A stretch of 19,276 bases of DNA from Azolla caroliniana (taxonomy: Eukaryota; Plantae; Polypodiophyta). Below, piece by piece: positions 1-13,267 of this stretch (position 1 is its first letter; every line of letters begins with the position of its first letter). The stretch is from the NCBI GenBank assembly GCA_043228905.1, contig JBHGNT010000613.1:1-19276 (forward strand), read 5' to 3'. The position numbers and the translations under genes were made by a program. The notes beneath the pieces were generated by a model. It saw only the letters and a program-made list of their open reading frames with translations, had not been told where the DNA came from and made no database searches.

Positions 1-1430
1 AGGATATGGAACTCATCCCTCCCCTAGAGGGTCAAGGTGTTTTTTTGGTTAATGATCCATTGGGTTGTTCCAACATGAGAGTGGCTAGGGAAACGGGGTG
101 GCATGAGTAATTGCAAGGTCTTTGGAGCGAGTTTGGAGGACATCGCACATTGTTTGTGGAGCTGCCTGCGAGACCAAGAAGTTTGGATGAGGAGCTTAAG
201 AATTCTGGCTCAATGCGGTGTTGAAGTTCAGGTATCAAGTACAATAGTTGTTTGGTTAGCTACTGAATCGTCCACATGGTTTCATGGGTGGAATGGAAAT
301 AGTCCTTCTTTAAAGGTGGTGAATGGAATTGTACAACCTTTAGCTCAAGGAGGTTCATTCTACACATAGGAACGGTACATAGATCTTTGGTTTTTAGTGG
401 CTAGCCTTACTATTTGGCAAGTGTGGGTATCTAGATGCAACGAGTTGTTTACCGAGAAGCGAACCCCAACAGTTGAGAGTTTAATGATGATTTGGTTTAA
501 TTTATTTCTACGCAACAAGGAAAGTTTGACAACCTTCAGGGGCCCTCTTACGCAAGTGAAGAAGCTAGATACCGCTTCCTTCTAAAATGGAGGAGTTCTC
601 CGATTCTACATGATGATGAGAGAGAGGAAAAAGATAGAGAAGAGTAGAGGAAGAGGAAAGAATACTTAAATACACTATTAGGAAAACAATATCATCTTCT
701 TAGACTCTACAAATAACAACCCCAAATAACTCTACTCTAACCTCAATGACAATAATTGAAAATAGTCTTTTCTTTTTCACCCTTTCTTTTACTAAGCTTC
801 TTTTCACTTCTTCTAGCCTTCTTATGCTTCCTCTCTTCTTCTTGTAGATATTCTCTCCCCCTTTTGTCTCCCCCAATTGCTAAGAATACCCTCATATTTA
901 TAGGTTTTTAGTTGCATTATTCTTGCTTTTTTCACTTCTTTTCTTTTCTTTTCTTTTCTTTCTACATATCCTCGAGTTTGTGTGATATGTTTTTCATATC
1001 ATTATTTCTGGTTTGTCATCCAAATTTGTCATACAAGAAAGCTCTCTTTGTCAGCTTTCTTACAAATCTTTTCTTTTGAAATTTGGATATGAGATGAAGA
1101 AGTTATGAGCTTTTTTCTCTGCCTTGCTTTTTCTGCCTTTTTTATGCGTTTTTTTCTTTTTTCTTTTTTCCTGCTTTTTCTACTTTTGAAAAATGCCTCT
1201 AACTTTATATCCCTTCAATTTCATTCATCTTTTAACTCTTGAACCGTTCATATTGTGCTTTATTCTTATACATCTTACAATCCGATGTTTTTGCCACGGT
1301 CTTTTCTTATGAGCAAAAATTGACTTCACATTACAGATGGTGGATGGCAAGGCAAAGTGGATTTATCAGCCACCCTGATGGTTGTTTCCTCCAAGGGTAC
1401 CAAACATAGAGGTGGGTGTTTTCTTGTAGC
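1..1430 (+). mobile_element. Degenerate LINE (L1-like non-LTR retrotransposon) ORF2 3' end, interrupted by a solo LTR
   Basis: Broken frames give CKVFGASLEDIAHCLWSC (decayed zf-RVT-type Cys/His motif) and ASLTIWQVWVSRCNELF (W-x-x-W-x-x-R-N-like LINE C-terminal motif). Removing 611-1335 joins EEARYRFLLKWRSSPIL to QMVDGKAKWIYQPP*WLFPP in one frame. Stops and frameshifts indicate decay. The element continues beyond the left edge. Confidence 0.7.
611..1330 (-). mobile_element. Solo LTR (720 bp) inserted into the LINE remnant
   Basis: TG...CA termini (TGATGA at 611, TTCACA at 1330). Flanks are CTACA (606-610) and TTACA (1331-1335), a 5-bp TSD with one transition. Excision restores the LINE frame. 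CTATAAATA on the minus strand near 896-904 suggests minus orientation. No coding capacity. Confidence 0.7.
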
Positions 1431-1802
1431 CATGCAAATTGGCTTGTAGCATATGAGTTGTATATTATCCATTTTCTTAACTAATGGAAGTAGTTATGTT
1501 TTTTTGGGGGAAAAAATGTTTTCTATTAGATCAAATTATTAAAATCCACTTAAATTATAGAGAAGTATTTGAGAAAATTTTAGAAAACCCAAGCGCGTGA
1601 CCCAAATAGTTCAAGCTATGTATAGATAGATAGATCTTTTTAACTTCCACAAAAGACCAATTATCATCTATGCAACATATCGTAGCCTATGGTGGGGATC
1701 AAACTTCAATTCCCCTATTTTTATGATTTTGATGTTAAAGTGCATAATCATTTGTATGAAACAAACTCTGAGGCAAAAGAAGACACGAGAACTCACACTA
1801 AT

Positions 1803-2040
1803 CACACTTCCAAGGTTAAGTTGTTGCCTTCCTTGTCCCACTCCTAGAGATATGAACATTCGAATGAAAACAATCCCCTAAGTTAAGTCGACGCTTCATG
1901 ACCCATTGATAGAGATATATAAGGTAAAAGGAGACATGAATATTCATACGGAACAAACTTCAAGGTTAAGTTCTTGTTCTACAACTAGAGAGATGAACAT
2001 CGGGATTCGGCATGAAATAAAGACTGCCCAAGGTTAAGTC
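1803..2040. repeat. Degenerate ~150-bp duplication with recurring CAAGGTTAAGT motif upstream of PDF1A
   Basis: CAAGGTTAAGT at 1811, 1961 and 2029, with variant CTAAGTTAAGTC at 1878. CTAGAGA(T/G)ATGAACAT follows in both halves. Offsets are about 150 bp. Confidence 0.65.
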
Positions 2041-2304
2041 CCCTCCTTTTCTATCGCGTTCCTGATTGGATTCAATTGTATGTGTGTGCATCTTCTTATC
2101 TTGTTTGCAATGTCTGTGGCACGAATCGAAGATAGCTTGGCCCGGACATAATGATACCTACAACTTGTCGCCTTTCAAACCGTTTTGGGGGAAGGGGGGT
2201 GTAGGCATGTAAATACGCAAAACTACGTTGTAGGGGCATCCTTCAGAATTCTGGTTTCTGATCATCCTCTCACTTCTTCACAAACAGGTTTGAGGGCCGA
2301 GGCT

Positions 2305-4902
<2,598 letters not shown>

Positions 4903-5728
4903 TGACCGTATTTGATGATGGTACCAGAAGTTTATTTGTCACAAGCGAATATTAAGGTTTTATATTGAAGTGTAGCCACCCAATTCCTAGAAAACAGATG
5001 GTGAATTCATCTTAGTGGGATTCTCAATGATAACTATATCCTAACAATACAGATTTTTTTCACACACTTTTTCTGTATAATACTTTAAACCTCCACAAAG
5101 TTCAATTATGCTTTCATAGAGTATCCTATATGTTTACCTAAATGGCCTCCATTCATATTTAATCAAAACTCTTTATGTCCCAAGTGTTATGTTCTTAAGC
5201 ACAACTCGATTTTGGATTTTCTTCTTTGATGGGGACACAGCAATTGTAACAAATTTACTATGTTTCATCCTTGAACTGGATGGTTTATGATATTTGTTAC
5301 CAATAACCACATGGTATAAACTTCCAAGGTTGGGGATTAAACCAAAACTGAAGACTAATATGGATTTGATGGTTGAGAAGTTGTATAAATATGTACGTTA
5401 TATAGCAAAGAAAGTATTTATATTATAGTTATAAAGGCAAAGGAAGTATTTATATTCTATTATGTTGTATTTGGGAAATTTGGAAGCCTAATGAGATTAT
5501 TAAGTGTGTTATATGAGGCCTTCCTCTTACTTATCATGAGAAATAACACTTGTTTGAGCTGAAAGTCAAGACTTATTGTAAGGTGAGGGAAAACCATTAG
5601 ATTGGATTTGGCAAATGAACCCTCATGAAAGGCATATGAGTAAAACCTTTTTATTTAGAGATGCTCAAAGTGGAGGATGGATCGAAAAGCACAAACATTG
5701 AATGCATGTGAAACCATTAAAGAAATGA

Positions 5729-5925
5729 TTCTCAATATTAGAAATACAATGGGGATTGGAAGTGATGGAGCATGTATTACAAGCCACTCCTACAAGTTAT
5801 GGTTCTCAATACAATTAGAAATACAATAGGAATTGGAAGTGATGGAGCATGTATTACAAGCCACTCCTACAAGTTATGGTTCTCAATACAATTAGAAATA
5901 CAATAGGAATTGGAAGTGATGGAGC
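5729..5925. repeat. 77-bp tandem repeat, about 2.6 copies, nearly identical
   Basis: TTCTCAAT...AGAAATACAAT...ATTGGAAGTGATGGAGC recurs at 5729, 5803 and 5880. Confidence 0.95.
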
Positions 5926-7490
5926 TAATATATCAAAATTACATAATCCATTTATGACTTCATTGCATTGTTAAGGATAGCAACATTGAAGACTTCAGAC
6001 TTCACATAAAGTAATAGCCTAAAATTTTGGAAACTTAATAATAAATGTTTTATTTTGTCATGTGTATTGTGAAATGAACAACACCAGTACAATAAAGTTT
6101 ACAAAGCATATTTACTTGTTATTATGCTGTTGTCATGATAGAAATTTAACAATGTAAAGACCTCCTTTGATCTCTCTTCCTAACCCTGACTAAATATTTT
6201 CAGCTCCACTGCATTTGCATTATTTCCTTGACACATTCGAGTCCTAACTGTATTTCAACTCATGTCCAATCCAAAAAAACCAAATCAAAGACCATGGCTT
6301 GTAGGACAATATGAGGTCATTGTTACTCTCACACACTGGGAGTATTAAATATTGAGTAGGTTTTACAAAGGTGACAAACACAATAACGCCCTGCTCTCAT
6401 GTCACATACTAGACCACATCAGTCATACTTGGAGGTTTAATATGTTTGCCTTTGTACAAATACTCCTCAATCTCCGTCTTAACCTTCCCCAACCCATTAT
6501 TGGCAGGTAGCTTCTTGGGCATTTGTTGGCCAACCAATTGCGTTATACAAGCGATTGTCAATAAATTGGTTAATAAATTGGTTGCACATCACAGATAAGA
6601 TCCACCAATTCCCCATTATCTTTTATTGGCTACACCACATACCCACCCTGCCTCATCCACCTGTTTAACTCCACCTTTCAGAACTAGGTTTTGTCCAATA
6701 AGATCCTTTTGGTCTCCCCGTCATGGATTCTCCAATGTAGTTGTATTTTCCTCAATCGAGATCCACCATGCTTCTTTGAAGGTCTTTTTGTTTGTTGTGA
6801 TCTTTTTCTCCATGTCATAAGTCTTTTGATTTCCACATTCTTCATTTTTACTGCATGACTGATTCTATGTGCCTCATCACTACAGGAACCATTTAAATTT
6901 GTATCAGTGTAGTGGTTCAATGTCAATCCCCACAATATTTTGTGCTTCAATATTCAATTCCAACAGACAAGTTGGTCAAGCCAAACATATAAGAATTCCC
7001 AACTAGGCTGGAACAGTTGTGTCATGAACATTTACATGTATATCTGTGAAAAACATTTACATGCATAACTACAATGAACATTTAAACGTACATTTAACTT
7101 GCATCATTTTACAAATGATATGAATTCATTTCATCAATAGGAATTGGTTTATGAAATACCTCATTATGTAATCCTTTATATATAGCACCATTGTGTAGAT
7201 CTAAATGTTGGACGTCCATACAACAATGAAATGCATGCCGACATTTCTGTAACTATTATATATCTGTCAACAATTTCTTACAAGTCGGCTTGGGCAATGA
7301 AACCAATGAGTTAGTGTCATAACAAAAGAAACCTTTAACAGCATATAAATGAATTCATAAAAAGAACTTTAAATCAACCGAGTGAAGGACTTTCTTATAG
7401 TTATATGTAGAAGGCACAATTTTTCATGGGGCTGTCCAGATAGATGATACATAGGAGAATCATTGAACATATGACTGAACAATAAAAAAA

Positions 7491-10400
7491 TCAATCACTT
7501 GAATCATCATCATATGTCGCACATAATGATGCTAGGCCAGTGACAGCACTAGAACTAACTGGAATGGCATCACTACTAGTGACTTTAGTGTTAGTTTCTG
7601 GTTCTGGCACATGGTCTTTCTTGGGTTTCACATTGAATGCTATATTTTTCGGTCTCACAGAGAACAAAGGCTTCTTTTCATTTGTCGCTTTTCCAGACCC
7701 TACATCCTCTGTCACTACACACAAACAATGAAATATATTATAAGATATAAATTAGAGTACATTTCCATCCTGAGACTATGAATATATACCTAGAGAGCTT
7801 GTAGCTGAAGACGGGTGTATGTGATCGGTCAATTCAAAAAGACTTGGCTTAGATCTCTGAAAAAACAATATATAGCAACAAATGTTGGTAAAAATAGCAA
7901 TAATTACTTTAATGTAATAAATGGAAAAACAATTTACCTTTGATGGGATGCTTTCCTCATCGTCATACTCGTCGTCGTCGTCGTCGTCGTCGTCATCATC
8001 ATCCAATCTACGGGTAAATTTGTCTGAGCTCTGGGACAATGATGGAAACTAATTAGATCTGTTTCATTAGCGTGGACATTTTACGGCATAACCATCTCTA
8101 TTATTTACCTGAAATACAACTGATCTAATGACAGCTTCATCTTCCTCTGCAAGTTCCCTCTCCTGGAAGCATACATCATATCGATTATATAATACATAAT
8201 AAGTAAGAGCAGATATGAATGGTAGAAGTATTTAATAGTATGATTCATGAATTGAAATCATCACATTAGTGCAGAGAAAATCCTCTGTTATGAGCTTTTG
8301 GAACAGAGATGAGTCTGAAGCAATGATGCAATATACAATGCAGATATTTTTATTTTCGAAGATGAATTAGCAACACGTCTTGTTTAAAGGAATTCCCTTT
8401 TGTATAAAACGTTTATGAATACAATCTTATAGCAGAATAATCTAGAAAATCTTCTTAAGATGAGAAACAACAAACTCAAAATAATTACATGAATCAGATT
8501 CACGAGTCATGACACAGGCTATATAATGTATACGTGCAAATTGCTTATGCTAATTTTGTGATCAAATCTAAATTGCACTTTCTTTAATCAAATCTAGATT
8601 AGATTCCAAGGATTCTTGGCATGGTTATATAAGATATAAATAAATATCTTCATGTCCCATCTCCTACAATGTTATTGTTTTCAACAATTAACACCCCCCA
8701 GTAAATAAATTTGCATTGTATATGCATGTAATGCAACAACATACCTTTATGTCTGCAGTTCGTTTTAATGCTTCCAACATTTCTTCTGTTCCCACGCCTG
8801 CATGCCTTGCCTACAAAGTGTCACCAAGTTAGACATACGAGCATCATGAATTGCATAAGAACCTCCAAGACCCAAAAAGGAGGAAAAGATTACCCGCATC
8901 GACTTCATTTCATCAAGTGCAGCAAGAATATCCATTTCTCTTTTCGAGTCCAACGTTCGGTTTTCAAGTGCTTTCATAGCATCCCCCATTTCTTCAGCAT
9001 TTCTCTTCTTTTTGGCATCGTCAATTATCTGCAGTTTGTAGGGGAACATTGATAACTTGCATTGAAAACAATCAAGTCTATAAAAAATGATCAATAAAGA
9101 TAAAGGAAATACCTCATCTGTTGAACGCCAAGGCTCAAAATTTCTTGTTGCACCCGCCTCAACAGTATAATCACTATTCTGAGGATCTGTTTTCATTGTT
9201 ATTTCCGCCGAGCATTTTGTGCACTTGAAATAGAACCGAAAGATTTGAATGCCTAGGTACGTCTGAAGATAGACAAAGATAATAGTTAGGCATTCTGACG
9301 ATCTCTCATCATATTAGGATTATATAACGGTAGACCATGTTTTTATTAGCCCATGAACCTGGGTTCAAATCCTACTAATCTATACTAGCTGAACTTTGTG
9401 TTGTAGGGGTTGAACCTGTGACTTCTGATAGACATCCTTAACAAGTGATCAACATCCGTCTCATCGAGAGAGAGTAAAGAAATCAGGGCTTATATTGGTG
9501 TTGCAAAATTCCATCCAAATTTCTGTTTGGCTTAAGATTGGCTGTATAAGTAATATATACAATAGCCCAAGCTTCTCAATTAGGATGCCTACAGTCATGT
9601 GTTATCTCTCTCCCCAAGATCATATATGGCCTCTGAGGATGATAATAACATCTCTCCTTCCCTCCCTCATGAACCATGCAGTCACATTGACTCCAAGTCT
9701 ACCCAACAACACATGGACACAAAGAGAATGTCAACTATTCACAATGTCACCAGATTTATACGGAGCAGAAGCTCAATTCCTCAAGAGATCATCCAAATTG
9801 ATTTGTTAGGCAGAGAGCTTTATTACCTGGATCTGAACCATGCCATAAATATAAGACATACCAAGGATCATGGTATGCACATGTGATGAAGCGCTTCATA
9901 AACAGAGGCTAATAATTAGAACTCCTGTCCTCTCACTAGCAAAGACTGATTCTTACCATTTAAGTTATCTTTTACTAACTTGCTCTTTTTTTCTTGGAGA
10001 CACTTGACTAGATTTTCAAACTACCATTAAACATAACTTTAACATATTTTCTCCCTTCACACACTACATACCAAGACCAGAGGTACTAGTGTATCCCTTC
10101 TCATTTGACCCACAATTCTGATTTAAATCTATGATTTTTAGCCATTCTCCAAGCCCATCATTAGACTTTTGTGGTTGGGTAGTAGTGGAAGCTACACTTT
10201 GTATTCTCTAAGGGTTCTTGTGAACCCCAGAAACCAAACCATTTCATGAATCTATTTGCAGACAAGTCCTCGAACAAAAGAGAGTAACTGTACACAAGGG
10301 CTCTGCACAATGGAACTTTTATTAGTATTTAACTTCTTTTTTAAATGATGGCTCAATGTAATTGCGTCACCATGATGGGAGCAGTTCAGACAAGATTACG

Positions 10401-12346
10401 GACTACAGAGAGGAACACGAAATGACCCATGAAGACTTTAACACGACACAAAATGGATTGTTCCACGGTATGTCAGAGAACCTCGACTGACTATGCCTAT
10501 CAAGTACCCACTGGCACGCCATGATCATGCATAGAAGTCATAGGAGGTCCCTAGGAATCTGCTGGTACGCACACAACCCAAGCCAACACCTGCCCATCTC
10601 CATGCATGACAGTGAGTTATTCGTCACTTACAGCATGATAGGTCTGCCAAACACATACATGAGCACCTCATCTATGGAGACAATGCTACAGTTCCAATTG
10701 ATTGCTCTTAGAACTAGGCTACAATAATTGCTTCCCAGAGAAGCAAACTAAACAGACTATTGGAATTCTAATGATTCCATATATATGGGGAAATACAATA
10801 TTATCATGCTTGGTCATACCATAGCACTGGCCAAACTATATACAGCAGTAGTTTAGGTGGAGCTGAGGTTACAGGCAGAGAGAGGCACTGAGAGTCCGTA
10901 GTAATAATTCCATACATATGGGGAAATACAATATTATCATGCTTGGTCATACCATAGCACTGGCTAAACTAAATACAGCATTAGTTTAGGTGGAGCTGAG
11001 GTTAGAGGCAGAGATAGGAACTGAGAGTCCCTAGTCAGGTGGGTTTTAGAAGAGCACTTTCAAAAATCGATCACATAGCTTCATTCATGGGGTAAGAGCA
11101 CAGAAAAAGAGGCTACAATCAGACAGGAGCACCTGCAGGGATTGAACCATTTTTTATAGCAGGCTTCCCAGAGAAGCAGATTAAAAGACTATTGTAATTC
11201 TAATGATTCCATACATATGGGGAAATACAATATTATCATGCTTGGTCATACCATAGCACTGGCCAAACTAAATACAGCAGTAGTTTGGGTGGAGCTGAGG
11301 TTAGAGGCAGAGAGAGGGACTGAGAGTCCCTAGTCAAGTGGGTTTTAGAAGAGCACTTTCAAAAATCGATCACGTAGCTTCATTCATGGGGTAAGAGCAC
11401 AGAAAAAGAGGCTACGATTAGACACGAGAGGCTATTCTAGCACCTGCAGGGATTGTACCATTTTTTATAGCAGGCAGACATACATCTTTGTTGGTATTGT
11501 TGTCTTATAGGCTTATTTTGGACTACACGGATAATAAAAATTTGACAACAGCAACCAAGCACATGGACTTTACCAGCACAAGGTAATGGGGATCATTGTT
11601 CATCATGTCTGAGCTGGCCAAGGACACACATATGTCATTACCCAACTCCACCACACCACAACACCAATCAGAAATGGATGTCAAGATTCATCATCATTAC
11701 TCATCCCATACATAGTATAGTGTTTACATGCTTCATGCTCGTAAAACCCTCACAAATAATTAGCAATTCTAAAATAGCAAAATGCATTAAGATCATCGGC
11801 TTGGATCTTAGGAAACTTAAAGCTTTCTTTTTCACCAGTATAAACTGAAATGAAGTTACCCATATTGCAATCATGATTTGCGTCATAGGCAAACATCTGC
11901 CTCTAGTAGAGATTGACGCATCTTTCTTTCACTATCTCTAACTGATTTTTGGTTTGGTGGTATACACAGTAGCATCAAAAGTCATAAAATTGAGAGGACC
12001 CAAGTTGGATCCCTCAATGGATTTGGCCACAGCCTGCAGATAATAGCTTGAATGACAATCACGCATGGATGAGAATAACAAACACACACACACACACACA
12101 CACAGATATCCATATATATAATAAAAATTAAGTCTAAAAATTTCCTACCTCACCAATGACGTCCTCTTTGCGAGAGTTGAATTTGGTGCCCTTGTAGATG
12201 TAATTCCCGCATGTGCCACAACGTATGCTCATGGGAAGCATCATTCGCACCTTGATTTGCTGGTTCTTTGGTTGACGACGCCGAGGGATCTTTGAAGGAT
12301 CAAAATCAGGAGGGTAGTATTTGTTCAAAACCTTCCGTTCTCCCAT
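7491..12346 (-). CDS. YJU2: Splicing factor YJU2 / CCDC94 (CWC16 family); exons 12346-12149, 9262-9113, 9028-8894, 8810-8745, 8162-8109, 8030-7938, 7856-7790, 7714-7491 (328 aa)
   Basis: Hallmark N-terminus [17 protein letters not shown], zinc-binding CxxC pairs (CGTC, CTKC), [16 protein letters not shown] and [20 protein letters not shown], with an acidic C-terminus [14 protein letters not shown]. Seven GT-AG introns with consistent phases give 987 nt. Confidence 0.95.
10730..11475. repeat. Nested tandem repeat in YJU2 intron 1: ~135-bp core three times, with the ~300-bp extended unit about twice
   Basis: The core ATTCCATA(T/C)ATATGGGGAAATACAATATTATCATGCTTGGTCATACCATAGCACTGG... starts near 10774, 10906 and 11205. 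The extension GTGGGTTTTAGAAGAGCAC...TTTTTTATAGCAGGC is present twice. Confidence 0.95.
12082..12103. repeat. (AC)n microsatellite near the YJU2 intron 1 donor
   Basis: Directly visible dinucleotide run. Confidence 0.95.
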
Positions 12347-12614
12347 TGCTTCTTTCTTCTCCGCCTACCTTCTTTCCTCTGGTTCTGCTTCTTCCTTCTT
12401 ATGCTTCTTCTCTTTTTCTGATTCAACCTTTCTTCTGCGTTCTTCTTTACTTTCAGCTCCTCCTGGTTCTTAATTCCACTTCCTTTTCTGCTCTTTCTTC
12501 CTGCTTCTCCTTCCACTTCGCTTCTCTTCCTGCTTCCGCTAATTTCTTGAAGACTAGTTTCTCAGGGTAAAAAAAGAGGAACCAGATGTCTCTTTCTTCT
12601 ATCGTTAGGTTTCG

Positions 12615-12806
12615 CTCTCTCTCTCTCTCTCTCTCTCCATCAAACCCTAGAAGCACAGACGGAGTGAGGGGGGGGGGGGAGGGGGGCAAAAACAGAGTTT
12701 TGTCACCTCTGTTCCTCTACACACGAGATATACACATATACGTATACACATACATATACATGTATGTATGTATGTATGTATGTATATATACGTTTGTGTG
12801 TACATG

Positions 12807-12842
<36 letters not shown>
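12615..12842. repeat. Simple-sequence cluster upstream of YJU2: (CT)n, G12-A-G6, (TATG)n and (TG)n
   Basis: Runs visible at about 12615-12637, 12668-12686, 12763-12785 and 12811-12842. Confidence 0.95.
12642..12649. promoter_or_regulatory. Telo-box (AAACCCTA) about 300 bp upstream of the YJU2 ATG
   Basis: Exact AAACCCTA next to a GA/CT repeat. Telo-boxes are established near the start sites of plant translation and RNA-processing genes. Function here is inferred. Confidence 0.55.
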
Positions 12843-12845
<3 letters not shown>

Positions 12846-13267
12846 ATGTACATATTTATATTTATGCTCAAGATTTTTAATCACTTCAACTATTAATGTC
12901 TTAGTACTAGAAATTTACGATAGTAAAACTTGCTATTAGAATGTTTAAATTAAAAAATATGTAACTATTCATGTATTTTTGTTAAAATTTTGTAGCAATA
13001 ATTATTATTATTATTATTATTCATGCATTATATTTAAAAAAATATGCATAATAACTGATTGAAAGTTTATGAGGAAAATTATTTTATTTATTATTATGGA
13101 CTCAGGAGATTTACAATAATTATTGTCATGCATCTTTGTAATTTATCTTTATTATTATTGATCTTTGTATGGAAGTTGTGATCTACAAAGGGAAATGTGG
13201 TGCATTACTATGGCGATACAAGAACAATAAGTTGGGAATTATATCAACAAACACAAATGCATGTGAT

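Noticed and set aside
2185-2304. N-terminal extension of PDF1A from the TTG start in the ORF track
   Set aside because: Non-ATG start; ATG 2305 has good context and begins a plausible transit peptide.
6240-6960. Coding-like minus-strand stretch (KTFKEAWWISIEE...LVLKGGV), possibly a Ty3/gypsy 3' remnant
   Set aside because: Multiple stops and no motif I can identify with confidence. It would need a TBLASTX or HMM search against TE proteins.
9495-10727. Plus-strand ORFs inside YJU2 intron 1 as nested genes
   Set aside because: Short, with no recognisable domains or exon structure. Possibly very old retroelement debris, but not supportable by eye.
10730-11475. Intronic repeat as a hammerhead/retrozyme, snoRNA cluster or snRNA
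   Set aside because: No CUGANGA...GAAA core, and no RUGAUGA/CUGA pair conserved across copies. An Sm-site-like GAUUUUUGA (minus strand, 11060-11068 and 11359-11367) is present but the flanks resemble no snRNA I recognise.
12268-12871. Lys/Glu/Arg-rich and dipeptide-repeat ORFs around the YJU2 5' end
   Set aside because: Artefacts of the purine-rich leader and simple repeats; non-ATG starts and not in frame with YJU2.
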